From Octopus vulgaris (Eukaryota), in the NCBI GenBank assembly GCA_951406725.2, contig OX597814.1, forward strand, positions 200,446,001 to 200,510,000: a stretch of 64,000 nucleotides of DNA, written 5' to 3'. The notes beneath the pieces are model-generated. The model was not told the DNA's origin. It saw nothing but the letters and a program-made list of their open reading frames with translations, and made no database searches. A program made the position numbers and the translations under genes. Below, piece by piece: positions 50,391 to 63,580 of the stretch; position 1 is the stretch's first letter, and the number at the start of each line of letters is the position of its first letter.

Positions 50391-52319
50391 ATTGAATCGA
50401 GCCCACTGTGTGCGTGTGTGTGTGTGCATGTATGTGTGTGTCTCTTGACATAATATGGTAGTTGTAATTAAGTGTCATTGTCATGCAAGCAATGTTACAA
50501 ATTTTCAATATTCTGTGAAAACTTGTCTTCCTTGCTAGGAAACAGGTGAAGTTTGGTGAGAGGAAAGGCACCAAGCCATAGAAAATTTACCTCAATGAAC
50601 CCTGTCCGATACATGCAAGCATGGCAAAGTGGATGTTAAAATGATAATGATGATCTCACATACACATATTGACCTTCACTCAGAATCAAGGATATCTTGA
50701 CAGCTTGGACCATGTTTATGCTAACTGTTCAATAGTACTAGGTAGCTGTAAGCAGACACAGATACACACTCCACACTATCATCCATGACCCAACAAAACA
50801 TCCAGAATGAGACAGATGGATAGAGAGAGGGCTACACCAACACTTGATTGTACTAACTTCAGCTGACAACTTGAAACAAAGTGTCTTGCTCAGGAACACA
50901 ATGCACCACTTGGTCCACTAATCAAACCCAAAAGGGACTGAGATTACTCACATGTTTTACAATCTCTTCATTTCAAACATTGCAGCAAGAAATTCTGTTC
51001 ATTGATTTTATAACTCTTCCATTGCTGAAACATCATTTGCGTCAAAGATAACTAATATAACCCTATTCAGTTTAAACATGTAATCATTTTTGTGAGAATG
51101 CAGATGATAATTAATGGTAAAATCACACAAACAAATGACTTGAAAGAAATAAATAGGTAAATATTCAATCAAATTTTGGAGAAATGTTTCACAAAAATAA
51201 TTTAGTGATAAAACTTTTATTAAACAATAAAATTATTTATGTCGTCTTAAATGTTCTGTTTTTCTTTTAATATTGAGCAGAGATTTAAACATCATAAAAT
51301 AGTGATTTTTACTTTTAGGAAATTGCTTGTAGCCTATACATTTTACATAATAAATTTTGTATTTAATTGCCAATTTTCTTCAATAAGCTATATTCCAGAA
51401 TAATACTGCAATAAATGAAATGGAACAAAGCAATTCAAAAGTTTTAGTGACATACTATATTACAATATATGACTTTAATGATGTAATGGAAATTAATTTT
51501 ATCTAAATTATAGAAATAAAACTGTTATAAATCTTTGCATATTCATTTTCATTATCACTTTAAAATGAGTTCTCATAATATAGAGTAACACTAAAACAGC
51601 TGCCATCAAAAAGACCTGCATTGATCATTAGCATCCCTGTATATCCTCAGCAAGACTGAAGAGTTCACTTTGCCCTGTGTTACCTGCATTCATTCTACAA
51701 CCACATGACAGAATGTTAAAAGAGCTAGTTGTCAGCCACGGACTAGTATAGCTTGGTAACTTAAAACAAGCTTTCGCAAATTGTTTTAGATGTCTGTATA
51801 GTCCCAAGCAGGCATAAACAACCTCTTGACTCTCCCACCTTTGACTCAACAGTGCATCTAGGATGTGACAAGTGAAGGGGAAAAAAGCTGTGCCAGTACT
51901 AAGCTGGTACTCATTTTCAATTGAATGGACTAGAGCAATGTGAAATGAAGGAATTGAACTCATGATATTATGACAATGCACCAAATACATTAATCACAAG
52001 GCCGTGTGCTTTCACTGGATATGTACTGGATGCATATCATCATAGCATTAGCTCTGAAGAAGTTACTTCTCTACCTTATGCCGTCTCAGTTGTTTTACTA
52101 CAGTAAGGTAAAAGACAGGATAATGAAACAAAACCAGGGTGAAGGTGAGGTAGAAAGGAGAGTAACAGAAGAGAACCAGAATGATAAGAGTGATAGAGGA
52201 GTAAATAAAGGAAGAGAGTGACAGAAAACAACATGAGAATAGAATAGAAACAGCATGAGCAGTGTGATAGAAGAGTGATAAACTAGAGATAGAATAATAG
52301 GATGGAGAGTATTTGAAGT

Positions 52320-52351
<32 letters not shown>

Positions 52352-53031
52352 AAGAGAGAGATGGATGTCAACAATGAACAATAAAAGGAAGGAGTAGAAT
52401 GAGAGAATAATGGCTATCAATAAAGATGGGTGATAGTAAGAGAGTGACTGATCTCAATAAAGAAGAACGAATTCTTTAATTATCAGAGATTTTAGATAAG
52501 TAGTTTGGCAATTTATAGCCAATCAAGTACTGTAAATTAGAACATTTTGCCATTCTCTTTATTATTATTTAACACTTTTGTAACCATGTTCCCAACAAAA
52601 ACAAACTACCCATATTTTCCTATTAATTCTACAAATAACCAGAATTTCAAGGAAAAAATAACAATGGCTTTTTTTCATTGATTTCTTAGGGTTATTGAGC
52701 GGGTAATTGGAATATAAGTTAAAACAAATTTGCTACATAAAACTATCATGGAACGATTGCTTCCTATACTTTAAAAAAAAAATTTTTTTTTTTAGTTTGG
52801 TCCGAAGAAAGAAACTGTCTATGACCTCTACAGGTTGATCATGATGAAAAAAAGGGAGATGAGTGAGTTTGTAAATGCCTGAGGGAAGAAGGTACAAGAG
52901 CATTCAACTCAAGACAACAGATGTCACTCTCATAGTTGATGTCTGACAGCAATTCCGTGGCCCAGAACTGAAGTGTGTTGGTGAGCAACTTCATGCCAAT
53001 AGAGTGGGGCTTTATTTGGAATGGTCTACGA

Positions 53032-53299
53032 CATGGTTCCCAAAGTGGGCAGTAAAAGATCCTGGGGACGTTGAAGAAAAATGGGGCAATAATGGAGTGA
53101 CCAAAAAGGGACAGTGGATGTAAAAAAAATAAAAACAAACAAAATAAAGGGTTAATTAGGTTAAGTTTTATTTGTGTAATACTGCTATTTTGAATTTGCT
53201 GCAGAAAATGGTCTATGTCTGTGATGATGGGTGGGGGGCACTGGGAATGTGTCCTTAGAACCAAGGGGGTGGCAGTCCGAAAAAGTATGAGAACCCCTG
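53032..53299. mobile_element. hAT (Charlie-like) MITE; related partial copy at ~63517-63580
   Basis: catggttcccaaagtg ... tatgagaacccctg; TSD gtctacga / gtctagga (7/8). Confidence 0.78.
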
Positions 53300-54916
53300 G
53301 TCTAGGAGGTCTGGATGTCTGTCTGTTTAGTAGTATCACAAAGGAGTTGAAATATTTTCAAGCACTAAAGTGAGGGTTAGATTTTATGATAAATTTTAGG
53401 CATGTTGTGTGGGTGTGCATTCAACAGGAAAGATCATCAGTGACGGTGAGGATTAGCACTGGCTGTGAACTTTCTGATTTCTTTAGAAACTACCTGTTTT
53501 GTATTGTAAGGACCCCACCCCCTCCGTTTTTTATTTTGCTGAATGAAATATTACTCAGAGTTTTAGCTTCTGTAGTTTCAGTTTTTAATGCGAAGTTCAT
53601 TAATTGTGAAATGTACAAATTCTATATATAATGGCATTCTGTGTAATGCAATTAAAAATAGAATAGTTTTTTTACATGTTATATTAAGATGATATCAGAA
53701 AGATGGAAAAATGAAAGAACAATTAATCTAAAAGGGATCTGAACCCAGAAAGCACAAGTATTTATTTCAGCAAACATCCTACCTTGTACATCTTAACATT
53801 ACTGAAAATATTTCTTTACATATTAGAATTTAAATATATACTGGGAAGCTCCTCTATGAAACAAATCAATAGTTTTAATCTATCTCTCTCTCACACTCAC
53901 ACACACACACACACACACAAATTACCATAATGGAATATAGAACAGTGACTCAATATGCTAGAAAAAGCTGACAAATCTCCCTTGAATAACATTCTACAGT
54001 CTTAAAAAAGAAAGGATACATCAAACAGTTAGGTGCTTGGTATATAGAAAAATGGAACAGACATGGTTGGAACATGTTTGACTGTAGATCTGCTCAATCA
54101 AGACTGATTTGGGGCAACAAACAACAACATGCAATACAATTATTGACAAATGTTTATATTTTTAACATTTCTTGTTTAAATTTGTAAATTTGGCATATCT
54201 TAAGTATTGCCAGTTTTCAAAGGATTAAAATAGATTTACTATTTTGGGCCAAAATGAAGTAAATCTTTTCATACAGAGAAAAAAAATCAATAATCAAATA
54301 CATAAAATAATTTTAAGTCTAGCAACAAAAACAATCAAAGAACTATTGACCCATTAAATGATTAACATGAAAGCGAAATGGCAGTAGGTACTTGACATGA
54401 ATAAATGCAAAGAATGTTGTAACATTTGCAAAGAAAAGCAGTTAATAAAAGAAATATGACCAGTGCTAAATTTAAGTTGCCTCATCAGCCAATGAAATTA
54501 TTTTTGGGTATATTTGTGATATTAATATCAGGTTTCAATCAATAAATTTATTGATAAGATTTCAGGTACTACATAATGTATTTATACATTTAATACCAGT
54601 TTGCCTGCAACTACAGCTAGTTATATGTTATAAAACTTATTCTAAAATACAACCATTCCGTGAAATTTTATCTATGAACAACTCCATAGGTCATATTCCC
54701 ACACCAAGCTTAATAATGAAAAAGTTAGCTACTTTACTAAATTTCTATAAATTTTAAGTTATTTTCAAAATCAATTGAAAAACATAATAAATTTCATCAG
54801 CAGAAATATGGTCATGAGAGATTTGTAATACATCTTAGTGAGCAATAAGAAGGTAAAAACACTGTTCTTAGACTCAGTATCTAGTTTCATACCTCTTAAT
54901 TCAAATTTAATTTCTT

Positions 54917-55340
54917 GGGGGGATCTTTTCGGTTTGAACAGCAGTTTTTAACATAATTTCTAGGTAACTAAAAAATTTTATACTTTGTACACTGGTAGAA
55001 TGTGTTTATAAAACATCTTTTTCTCTTGGTTTTATTGAGAAAATTCTATAGTTTGTAAAATATTTGTTGTTTGTTTTTCTTCAATTTCTGCAATTTCAAC
55101 CAATTAGTGACGTCTATTGAGTTAAAAAGCATTCTGTACCGTATGAATATGCCCTTCATTTAAGAAACAGATTGGGTTTATTTACATTTGTGAAGAAAAA
55201 AAAGATACCCTTCCCCCACCCCTAACTAACCCAAACCCTAAAAGAGATTGAAATGCAATAGATTGATTCTAGAGTCATAATTATGGGTGACAATTTTATA
55301 TGACACTGCTAGAAAAAACTGCCGTTCAAACCGAAAAGAT
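54917..55340. mobile_element. MITE or Helentron-associated (HINE-like) element
   Basis: Inverted repeat atcttttcggtttgaac(a/g)gcagttttt starting at 54923 and at 55313-55340; internal cctaac-like run; flanked by T tracts. Confidence 0.8.
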
Positions 55341-56189
55341 TTTTTTTTTTTTTTTTTTTTGTACTACCACATTAATTAAGTATCTGACATGACAGATAGC
55401 ATCTAATTCAGTTTCAAATCTCACTGAAGTCAGCTTTGCTTCTAGCTTCACTGTCACCAACATACTGGCAACACATTAGCAGCATATACAACTTCTGAAT
55501 TAAGGTCTTGTGGAGAAAAAAAAAACTAATCAGTTAATTAATAATTCAAGTAGCAAGAAAAAGAAAACTCTTATTAATGTCAATTTAATCTGAACTTGGC
55601 AACCAGGGGTGATGACTACAGACATTTTTCAGTCCTATTAGGCTTCCTCAACAAAGGATAACTTTCACTGTTCTTGCCAAATTAGCGATAATCACTATTT
55701 TGATGTACAATGCACATGAATAGCTGTCAAGAACTGTCATAACAGAGAGAATTTTTAGTTTTATGATGCTTCTATCTTTTACTTATTTCAGTCATTGGAC
55801 TGTGGCCATGCTGGAGCACTTGTGGACATGCCAGGGCACCATCACCATGCCAGAGTACAAATCCACTCCCATCTCTCACCTAGAAATGGCAATCAAATCT
55901 CTGCCAAATCATACTAACATATTGAGTAATGTAATCTGAGATAAATGATATCTGATGTGATGTGATGGACATGACTAGAGTGCCTTTTAGCTTGGTAAGC
56001 ATGATCAGAGATGATCTGGATTTAAATAGAAACACTACTCACAAATAGTGTAAAAAAGTCAAAATCAGCCAAGAAGAGTTCATCATTGTCCAAGCTACAC
56101 CCATGATAAGATTTGAACTCTGTAATTCAAGGTAATGAAACTTGCCAGTTATATGACATTCCCACATCTTCAAATGGCAATCTACTTAA

Positions 56190-56393
56190 CCCTTTTGTTA
56201 CTGTATTTATTTTGAGATGCTCTGTTTTTCTTCCAATTAATTTTAAATATAACAAAGAATTTAGTAAAATAACTTAGTTATCATTAAGCTAGTGTTAGGA
56301 ACATTAATTGTGACAAAGGTTCAAAACTTATGAAAACAAGACATTTGTACTACAGAGCCAGAGCTGGTTTCAGCCAGGTTGGTAAAGAAAGGG
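56190..56393. mobile_element. piggyBac-type MITE
   Basis: TTAA|cccttttgttac ... gtaaagaaaggg|TTAA. Confidence 0.8.
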
Positions 56394-57074
56394 TTAATGT
56401 AATTATTTGTGGTTAAGAGCCACAACACTTGAGCATCTTTAACCAAAAACTAGTTGTGTATCCCTGGCTGTTGGTGGTGGCTCTGTATGCTTATTATGCA
56501 TCAACCACTGCTCTATGCTTCTTACTGAAATCCAGTATCTCAATATAATATGATCTTATGGATATATTTTCTTAGTTAATATCAACATAAGGATGGACAG
56601 ATAATTTTACATCATAATTCAAAAGGATTTCACTCTATATATTAAGTTTCATATAACAGATAATGTTTGTTTGGAAAGATCAATAAAAGATATATGTTCA
56701 ATGTACATTATTGCCAATGGCAGTTATGTGTCAAGTTTCACCAACAGATTATGCTCAACTAACTGTAAACAGCTGTTCCTACTCTATTTCCTGGTTGGAA
56801 ATCAGAATTTTTTCCTTACTACGTCCTGATAAAAGGTCAGTATTTACAGTTAATAAAGATATTATTTGAAAGTGCTAATCTTCCAATGATTTCACCTGAA
56901 ATACTAAATATGCCACATCTCCCCCAAATCTCTGCATTGAATTCTATTACATTAAATCAGTTTCTGGAGGCTCTTCAAATAAATTTTCATAGCAAACTGC
57001 ATAAGTTTATCACCTGTTTCTCCTAGTACTCTACGCATAACATTAGACCAAAAATGCTCACATCAGCTACTGCT

Positions 57075-57240
57075 TTCATCATTATCATTTAATGTGTGGT
57101 TTCAATACTAGCATAGGTTGGATGGCTTGACAGGATCTAAAGAGCTGGAAGATTAAGCCATACTCTAATGTCTACTTTGGCATGATTTCTATGGCCGGAT
57201 GCCCTTCCAGATGCAAACCAATTTACAGAGTGTGCTGGGT
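57075..57240 (-). mobile_element. RTE LINE 3' end (degenerate)
   Basis: catcattatcatttaatgtg...ggatgcccttcc...gagtgtgctgggt. Confidence 0.7.
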
Positions 57241-57709
57241 AGGAATTTTTTCTATCCAGTCATCAGTGCTAACATGAATCATCTTGTAATTTGCTACACT
57301 AAATGTCTAAAGTGGGTCTTACAACTTAGGTAGAATAAAAGAGTGTTCAATGATGCATGGGGAGGGATAAGAGGGAAAAATGGGAAAGTAAGGGAGATGA
57401 TGGGGGGTATGATAGAATATAAGACGGAACAAGGAAGAGGGAAGGGATTAGTGCCAGGGGTTATTAAAAAAAAAAGACCGGCAGAGTTGGAAGGTGATAT
57501 GGGGTGGTCGTGCAAGGAGAAGGTCTTGGATGATCCAATATTATAAAGTAGTGAGCATGGACCAATGTAAGGGAAAGGGAACAGGAAGGAAACAATAGAC
57601 TGGAGTGGATGCACTTCATAATTTACACAACTAACAATGTCATCATCATTTTGTGTTTACTTTCCCATGCTGACACAGGCTGATTGTGTCATCATCATTT
57701 TGTGCTCAC

Positions 57710-58034
57710 TTACTGGCACTTGTGCCAGTGACATGTAAAGAACATTCGAGCGAGATCATTGCCAGTGCCGCTGGACTGGCTCCTGTGCAGGTGGCACATA
57801 AAAAACACCACTTGAGTATGGCTGTTGCCAGTACTGCCTGACTGGCCCTCGTGCCAGTGACACATAAAAGCACCCACTACACTCTCGGAGTGGTCAGTAT
57901 TAGGAAGGGCATCCAACTGTAGAAACTCTGCCAGATCAGATTGGAGCCTGGTGCAGGCGTTTGGTTCACCAGTCCTCAGTCAAATCGTCCAACCCATGCT
58001 AGCATGGATAGCAGACGTTAAACGATGATGATGA
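57710..58034 (+). mobile_element. RTE LINE 3' end with about three tandem units
   Basis: cacccactacactctcggagtgg...ccaacccatgctagcatggatagcagacgttaaacgatgatgatg. Confidence 0.9.
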
Positions 58035-58849
58035 TTTTCCATGCTGATTGTGTCATCTTTATCTAAATCTATTCTTATGTTGAGTCACTGCCCTCCTAGG
58101 TAGGAATCACATCTTGTTTGTATGTTCCATTTTTCTGCACAGTTTCTATGGCTAAATCACCTTCCTAATACCAACCACAAATGCATTCAGCATACCATAA
58201 CGCCCTATGAGTGCATGTAATCATGGCTCATACAAGAGAGGTTGTTTTAGTCTCTGGCAAGACTTACGATTCCTCTCTAATGTCTGCTCATCCAAGAAAA
58301 TATGGCACTGAGAGAGAGAGACACTAGAAGGGGAAAACCAGAGTAATAAAAGTGAGCATATGATAGAAGAAAGGATAGCAACATGTTGGTTGTTAGTAAA
58401 GAAGATTGAACAGATAACAAATATTAGTGGTGTAATGGGGAAAAGAGAGTGATTGGATGTGATGGGGGGACACTGAAAGAGGGTTCCCTCGGCAACAGAT
58501 AGATGTGTGTGTTTAAGAGAGAGCGAGCGAGATCAACATCAATAAGGAGTGACAAGGGATGGAGTAATCAGAGAGAGAGTGTGTGAGAGAGAGAGAAGAG
58601 TAGCAATAAAGCTGATAGACAGAGTGATTGGATACAAGCAGGTCCTAGATTATCCTTTGTTACATGGGTGGCATAACAAGAGGGAGAGAGTAATAGTAAG
58701 GAAGCACATAAATAGAAATGAAGGTGGGTGCTGGATGAAAAAGTAATTGAATGGAGAGCTGCAGATAGAGATTTAGTCTGAACAGAATGCTGAACAAAAT
58801 GGAAGACACTCAAATGTAATAACCAAACATCCCAACTTCCACCATTGAC

Positions 58850-59710
58850 ACCATTTTCCCATGCTTATTTGGGCTGGGCAAGTTTTCTCAAGCACAGAAT
58901 TTCACCACTTGTCACAGTCCTACATCATCTTTATGAGGTTCAGTGTAATGAGATCAATCTTCACAGTCTCATCTTCTTTGCTTTCGTCTTCCAAAGATTA
59001 CATCCACTTGCAATACTCAGAATGTCTATACACCTAACATCCTCCACGTATATCATGTACACACTAGAGTAGTCTTCCTTATAGTATATTAGATATAATC
59101 CCTCTTGAGTCTAGCTTTTTTCTCTCAGTTTATTTACACTCCAATTGTCATGAAGTCTGCACATCCAATACTGCAAACTGCATGGATGATCCAATAAAAT
59201 ACGCTTGTCTTATTTCTTTTCCAATGTTCACAAATGCTTTACATTCAAGTCCCACATCTCAATTATGTAGCATCACCCTTTAGAACAGTGTTTCTCAACC
59301 CTTTTTTCCTATGGAGCCCATTGATCCCTATTTTACTGAAGAGGACCCTCATAGTCTTTTGATGTCTGAACACTCCTGTTATATTTTTATGATTAAATAT
59401 TGTTAGGAATTAAATTGTTAAAACATTTTGTGTATTGTAACAGTATAACCAGTTTATTTCACATAAATTTTAATGATAAAATCATATATGGACCCGCAAG
59501 GGTCATATCAACACTAGTTTAAAACCATTGCTTTAGACAGAAACATAAAAAAAATTATTGCCCTTCACACCCAGAAAAAAGCTCTCCAAGGTAACAACTT
59601 CCTTAAATATTTCCATCCTGTTCTTATTTTGGCAAGTATACATTTGAAACAGCTTCTTTCACTATTAAGTCATCTAGACAAGAAAAACTTTCAACTACCT
59701 CTAAGCACCT
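58850..59710 (-). mobile_element. Highly decayed RTE ORF C-terminal region interrupted by a hAT MITE
   Basis: Colinear weak resemblance to 19870-20450. Confidence 0.5.
59286..59530. mobile_element. hAT (Charlie/MER5-like) MITE
   Basis: cagtgtttctcaacc ... agtttaaaaccattg; TSD ctttagaa / ctttagac (7/8). Confidence 0.8.
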
Positions 59711-60429
59711 TCCAGGCATTTGAAAAAAATCTATTTCACACATATTCTTACTGTGAACTTATCCTGTCTGTCTGCAACATACATAGACTACCTTCTCACT
59801 CAGTTACAATCCAACAAACACATTTATCTCACAAGGCTTTTGTCTAATTGGAGCTACTGTACAAGACATATGTCTAAGGTGGCTGTATATTGGAATTGAA
59901 CACAAATACCATATCATTACAAAGCAATCTTCCTGTGCCATAATGTTAAGCAGCAAATTAATTTAGTTTTAGAGAGATATAATTATAGATTTGCATGACA
60001 TCAACAAGTATTAATAATTCCTATTTCCTACACAATCAACTTCACATTTTGAAATTTTTTTTATTTGACACTAAATTTCATTCAATGTAATCTCAAGTTG
60101 TCATAATGTAACCAGTTTCTACATACATTCATACACATAATATACACATTTCCTTAATTGCCTTTGAATTCAGAATCTTTGTTTCTTAATACACGGCTTC
60201 CCAGGTTTTGACTAATGAGGCTAGGGTTCCTGATGACAATTAGAAATTAATGTAATGAAAATATTAATGAAAATGTTAAAAAGAAAATTCAAATGACAAG
60301 ATTAATTCCCTAGAAAATTGAAAATATTATCACAATAATTTGCGTTAAAAGATTACACATGGAATTGACAAGCTTTCCTAATATGGGGTGGGGTGGTTGG
60401 AGAGAATACAAAATAATAATATACTGCTT

Positions 60430-61564
60430 TACAGAGATGAACAGCTTTATTAAATTATGTTTATAATCATCATTGTCTTTCCATCATGTTAAAACCAAAT
60501 TGTCTTCATTCTGTGCATAATGTCACATGATTTGGATATATAATATGAACTCATCATTCTGAAACAAGACTCTTACTAGAAGTTTGGTTTCCACAAAACA
60601 GCATTAAATAAACAACAACAACAAAAAAGAAAAGCAAAAGAAAACAGTACACATCACACCATCAAAAGCTGCATGCAAATCACATCCACAGACCATCTAC
60701 ATAATAAAACAATGAAATGATACTTGAATATGAAACGCAACCTACAACAAGCAGTTTATTGCAGCAACAAATTTCAGCTGTCACAGTCCAGGCTGCCATA
60801 ATATGCATAATTATAGTTACAACCAGACATGTACAACTTCCATCATAATCCAAGGAACACTATTTCTTACATGCAATCCTAACAAACAAAACATGAAGAC
60901 ACACAAAATAATAACAAGGGCTTCATGTGAAATCTCTTTAGCCATAAAGGAACATATGTATTCCATAAAGGAATAAACATGGTATTATGTTTTATTTAGG
61001 CACATGGCCTTTATAAAAAGGGGACACCACAAGGACAGACAAAACAAGACAATGGTGTACATATAAATATATATCACATGATTTATGAATATGATGAAAA
61101 TGAGGATGAAATTACTTAAAGCAAGTAGTTTCATTCCACTGTTTTTTTTTTTAACTACAGTTTTACTGTAAAGTCTTGTATCTTTACGTTAACACAAAAT
61201 CAGAACAAATGCTGCATTATTTCGTCAAAAATTACAACAGCTGGCAGCTCATCGTATCTATACTGAAATGGTGTTATTTCAACACTTTTTTTCTCAAATA
61301 GTTCTACTAACTACTCAACTTTCTCAACTTTTATTTCCCATTATTCTGAGGCTTCATTCACACACATCACGTCTACTTTCTGAGACAAACTAATTTCTCA
61401 TCCTATTTAACATCACATTGATCATCTTCGGTGGAGTCCATTCTGTTGCCAAGATTATGACAAAGTTCCCAGTGTGAGAATAGTCCCATGAATTAGGTCA
61501 TTTTCCACCTTCATTCTACAAACCAGTCCCTGCCAAAGAGCCAAGGTTACAGCCTTTGCCCTTC
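60430..61564 (-). other. Possible terminal exon / 3'UTR of a minus-strand gene lying further right
   Basis: Minus-strand acceptor ttttgtttcatggtgttgtcag|; TE-free and U/G-rich on minus; AATAAA on minus at 60446-60451 and 60755-60760. Confidence 0.3.
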
Positions 61565-62801
61565 TGACAACACCATGAAACAAAATTAGATATGCTCTTA
61601 ATGCTATATACCATATTTATACATATGGCATATTCATACATGAAATTTTGAAAATATTTCAATAAAGAAACTATATTTGCTGAAGAAACAAAGTTTGATG
61701 ATTCAAAACTATGATAAAAGTTAACCAATATTCTGCAGACATAGATAGACACAAATACACACACACACACATATACATAATGGTTTCCAGTCAAATAATA
61801 ACTAAGGCTGAAAACCAATGAAGTACAGTTCTTTATCTAGTAAATTGCTTCCCTATTGTTAATATATCTACTTCAGATTTGACATTTCAAATCTATTTTG
61901 AAACGCATAATCATATAAACATGATAAAAATGAGAATCAGAACCAAACAGACATAATAAACTGGAGATAAACACTGTCAAACTGAAATGAAAAGTTCATT
62001 TATTTCTTGTAGCCATCTTATTGGAAATTAAGAGATATTGCTCTTACAAATAGAGAGGTGTATGTACACTGTGTATAAACACGCATTTGACACAATGAAA
62101 TATATTCTGCTGCTGATGGTCTCTTATAATAAATATTAAGGAAAGATTGGACTTTTCACTCAGTCTTGTGTCAACTCAAATATACATCAAAAGAAAAGAC
62201 GATGGCACTTAGATAAGCTAACATTGCTGTAACAACATGCTGTGCCAATCAGCATGAAGACAGAAAATATATTTCTAATGCGGATTAGTGGAGACTGACA
62301 AACACATACATACTCAATAAGTGTATATCGAAACACTATCATTCATTTTCTAATTTCTGCTTATACCAGCTATTGCTGTTTAACTCCAGATAAATCTGGA
62401 TCGAACAGACTTATGCAATTTTAACATGACCATCCAGTCTGAGTTTTTTTAATTTAAAAAAAAATTTTTTTTTAGGGACTATGTTGTTGATGTATCCTTC
62501 CCTTTTTTTTATCTTCATTTTTTAGTAATGATTTGAAAGAGATTTTGCTGTTATTTCTACCATGTCAAGTGACAATGTAGAGGATCTTTTGGTGGCTCTT
62601 ATACAATGCTTCTTTCTTAGCTTGAATGTTGTTTAAGGGAAATGTATTTTCCCATTTTTGCTTTATTTAATAGTCCCAATCAATCTGGCTTCTGCAGATT
62701 TATGACAGAAAGTTTGCTTTAAGAATCACCACATAAATATTTTAGCCATAACTCTTCTTCACTGTTAAAGTATTTTATTATTTTATCTGCAAATGACTTC
62801 C

Positions 62802-63060
62802 CATCATCATTGTTGTCCAACATCTGCCTTCCATGCCAGCATGGGTGGGACAGTTTGATTGGAGCCAGTCAGGTAGAAGCCTGCACCAGACTTCTGCAAC
62901 ATTTTCGCCCTTCCTAACACCAACCACTTAGGGGACTTAGTGCTTTTTACATGGCACAAGCACAGACAAAGTCAGTTTTTGGCATGGTTTTTACAGCTGG
63001 ATGCCCTTCCAAATGCCAAACACTTTACAGTGTGGATTGGATGCTTTTTAAGTGGCATAT
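62802..63060 (-). mobile_element. RTE-type 3' end
   Basis: catcatcat...ttccatgccagcatgggtggga...cagctggatgcccttcc. Confidence 0.75.
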
Positions 63061-63306
63061 GTACTGACAGGGTCACCAAGTACCTTGCAAGACAAAAATA
63101 ATCTTTTGATAGAGGAGGGGTCATCAGAGGTGATTTTGTCTCAGATGATGAAAGGGTATAGTGAGACAGAAAGAAGAACAGAAAAAAATGTCTTGCTGAG
63201 AAGGTACAAGGTTACCCAGCCGGAGAGAGAGATCAGGAATGAAGACAAAAAACAGGTGTGGCACTGCAAAGGAAATACATAGTTACCCAACCTGAGGGAA
63301 GAGCAG

Positions 63307-63308
<2 letters not shown>

Positions 63309-63370
<62 letters not shown>

Positions 63371-63402
63371 AGAGAGAGAGAGAGAGAGTTAGAGAGAGAG
63401 GG
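63309..63402. repeat. (GA)n microsatellite
   Basis: Read directly from the sequence. Confidence 0.95.
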
Positions 63403-63580
63403 AGATAGCAGGATGGAGATGGTGGCAAAGTGCCAGGTATACTCACAAGGGACAGGGATCAGAATATAAATGGGATGGTCAAGTGAAGGCAGAGAGAAAT
63501 ATAGACGGTGGCAAGTGCCAAAGTGGGCAGTACTGCCACCTTAAGGGCAGTGGAAAGATCCAGGGATCATTGAAGAAAAG

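Noticed and set aside
57294-57614. Purine/G-rich tract and 106-aa ORF, possible L2 remnant or G-quadruplex
   Set aside because: The motif resemblance is too weak to call and the G-runs are irregular.
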